A DNA stretch of 64,000 bases from a virus (lineage: Duplodnaviria > Heunggongvirae > Uroviricota > Caudoviricetes). Under the pieces are notes generated by a model. That model was not told the origin of the DNA and ran no database searches. It was given only the letters and a program-made list of their open reading frames with translations. The translations under genes and the position numbers were made by a program. The number at the start of each line of letters is the position of its first letter. The first letter of the stretch is position 1. This document shows positions 63,100-64,000 of the stretch, one piece after another. The DNA is taken from IMG/VR virus record IMGVR_UViG_3300026549_000070. One strand, 5' to 3'.

Positions 63100-63909
63100 A
63101 TGTATATGAAAACTTATCAATGTGAGTTCTGTAATAGAACTATTGACTATACTAATATAGGTCGTCACCGAAAAACTTGTATTAAAAATCCCAATTCTGA
63201 GAAGTGTAAAGAACAAAACAAAGAAAGGACTTGTGAAAGGTGCAAATGCATTTATACATTAAGTGAAGCAGGAAGCACGAAAAGATTCTGTTCTAGGTCT
63301 TGTGCTAATGCTAGAGATCATTCTAGTGAGACTAAACTTAAAATGAGTGAATCTTTAAAAGTTTTTTACGAAGAACATCCTAAATGTAATGCAAAATCAA
63401 AATTACCCGAAAGTTTCTGCATTGTTTGTAATAAACAAATATCTAGAAAAAATAAGTCTGGATATTGTAAGGGATGCTTTCACTTAAGGCCAGTTTCATT
63501 GGAAACAAGAGAAAAGCTTTCTAGAGCAGGAAAGAAAAGCGCTCAAGTTCAAAAGAACAATAGACGTTCAAAAATAGAAGCGTTGTTCTTTGAAAAGATA
63601 AAAAAGATTTTTGATGATGCTGAGTCAAATAAAATCTTAGTTGACGGCTGGGACACAGATGTATTTCTCCCGACGCAACAAATTGCTATATTTTGGAATG
63701 GCCCGTGCCATTACTATCCAATATATGGTCAAAAAAGTTTAAATCAAACTCAAAATAGAGACAGAATTAAAAAGTCTTTGTTTGAGAAAGCAGGATATAA
63801 AGTTTATATTGTAAAAGATGTAGATGAGGCGTATCCGAAAGAAATTCGGAAAAACAGAGATAAAAGAACAGATGTCCAATTAGACTTGTTTTTAGAATTT
63901 CTAGGGTGA
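63100..63909 (+). CDS. homing endonuclease-like protein (multiple Cys zinc-finger repeats plus a DUF559/Vsr-like endonuclease domain)
   Basis: CEFCNR...CIKN, CERCKC, FCIVCNK...CKGC. The C-terminal region aligns with the DUF559 domain of the 61329 protein. Confidence 0.55.
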   Translation: MYMKTYQCEFCNRTIDYTNIGRHRKTCIKNPNSEKCKEQNKERTCERCKCIYTLSEAGSTKRFCSRSCANARDHSSETKLKMSESLKVFYEEHPKCNAKSKLPESFCIVCNKQISRKNKSGYCKGCFHLRPVSLETREKLSRAGKKSAQVQKNNRRSKIEALFFEKIKKIFDDAESNKILVDGWDTDVFLPTQQIAIFWNGPCHYYPIYGQKSLNQTQNRDRIKKSLFEKAGYKVYIVKDVDEAYPKEIRKNRDKRTDVQLDLFLEFLG

Positions 63910-63940
63910 AGGTTCGATTCCATCACCCGCAATCATTTGG
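63910..63940 (+). ncRNA. T-arm-like remnant (AAGGUUCGAUUCC) immediately after the HEG stop; possibly another tRNA fragment
   Basis: ggtgaaggttcgattccatcacccgca. Confidence 0.15.
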
Positions 63941-64000
63941 GCAAATGGCGGAACTAGGTATACGCTCCTGTCTCAAAAGCAGGCGCCGAAAGGATTGAGA

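Noticed and set aside
1-64000. Alternative genetic code (stop-codon reassignment), as seen in some large gut phages
   Set aside because: Multi-kb ORFs (5.6 kb, 4.1 kb, 2.1 kb) are uninterrupted under the standard code, and gene ends coincide with terminators and RBS-led starts.
1-64000. Lysogeny module (integrase, repressor, attP)
   Set aside because: No tyrosine or serine recombinase signature was seen in any frame. The only tRNA-linked insertions are homing endonucleases. The 41215/41265 palindromes are operator-like, but no repressor gene was identified.
63941-64000. Possible tRNA starting at ~63945 (GGCGGAACUAGGUAUACGCUCC...)
   Set aside because: The window ends before a T-arm or acceptor could be checked.

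Overview
This 64-kb window appears to be part of a large, low-GC (~36%) tailed dsDNA phage genome using the standard genetic code. Long ORFs are uninterrupted, strong Shine-Dalgarno sites of the AAAGGAG type precede most genes, and promoters resemble sigma70 (TTGAAC-N17-TATATT). Read left to right the window holds the following. (a) A structural block: a partial hydrophobic virion protein, an 1859-aa protein with a tryptophan-rich segment, a BspA-type LRR protein, a coiled-coil scaffold-like protein and Ala/Lys-rich proteins. (b) A DinG/Rad3-like helicase. (c) A minus-strand operon that includes an Hsp20-like protein. (d) A nucleotide and RNA metabolism block: a T4 Pnk-like kinase-domain protein, a 1372-aa multidomain protein combining an ATP-dependent ligase domain with an HxGH nucleotidyltransferase domain, ThyX, an ATP-grasp enzyme, a dCMP deaminase and a ThyA-family pyrimidine C5-modifying enzyme. 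(e) A replication module with a DnaC-like loader and DnaB-like helicase, followed by a sigma-factor-like protein. (f) Four homing-endonuclease genes: one GIY-YIG, two DUF559/Vsr-like, and one PD-(D/E)xK-like with repeats. (g) Many small early-type genes, each behind one copy of an almost invariant promoter-plus-RBS cassette. (h) Three clusters of structured RNA genes: a candidate tmRNA (ssrA) followed by tRNA-like units, and two tRNA arrays of which five members fold cleanly (Glu-CUC, two Glu-UUC, Asn-GUU, Tyr-GUA) and the rest are imperfect or possibly split, including an apparent tRNA-His whose halves flank a homing-endonuclease ORF. A Pnk-phosphatase-like HAD gene and an RnlA-like RNA ligase lie near the RNA genes. 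No CRISPR array, rRNA or integrase was seen. Every call rests on motif recognition by eye, with no database searches, and the RNA gene boundaries are approximate.
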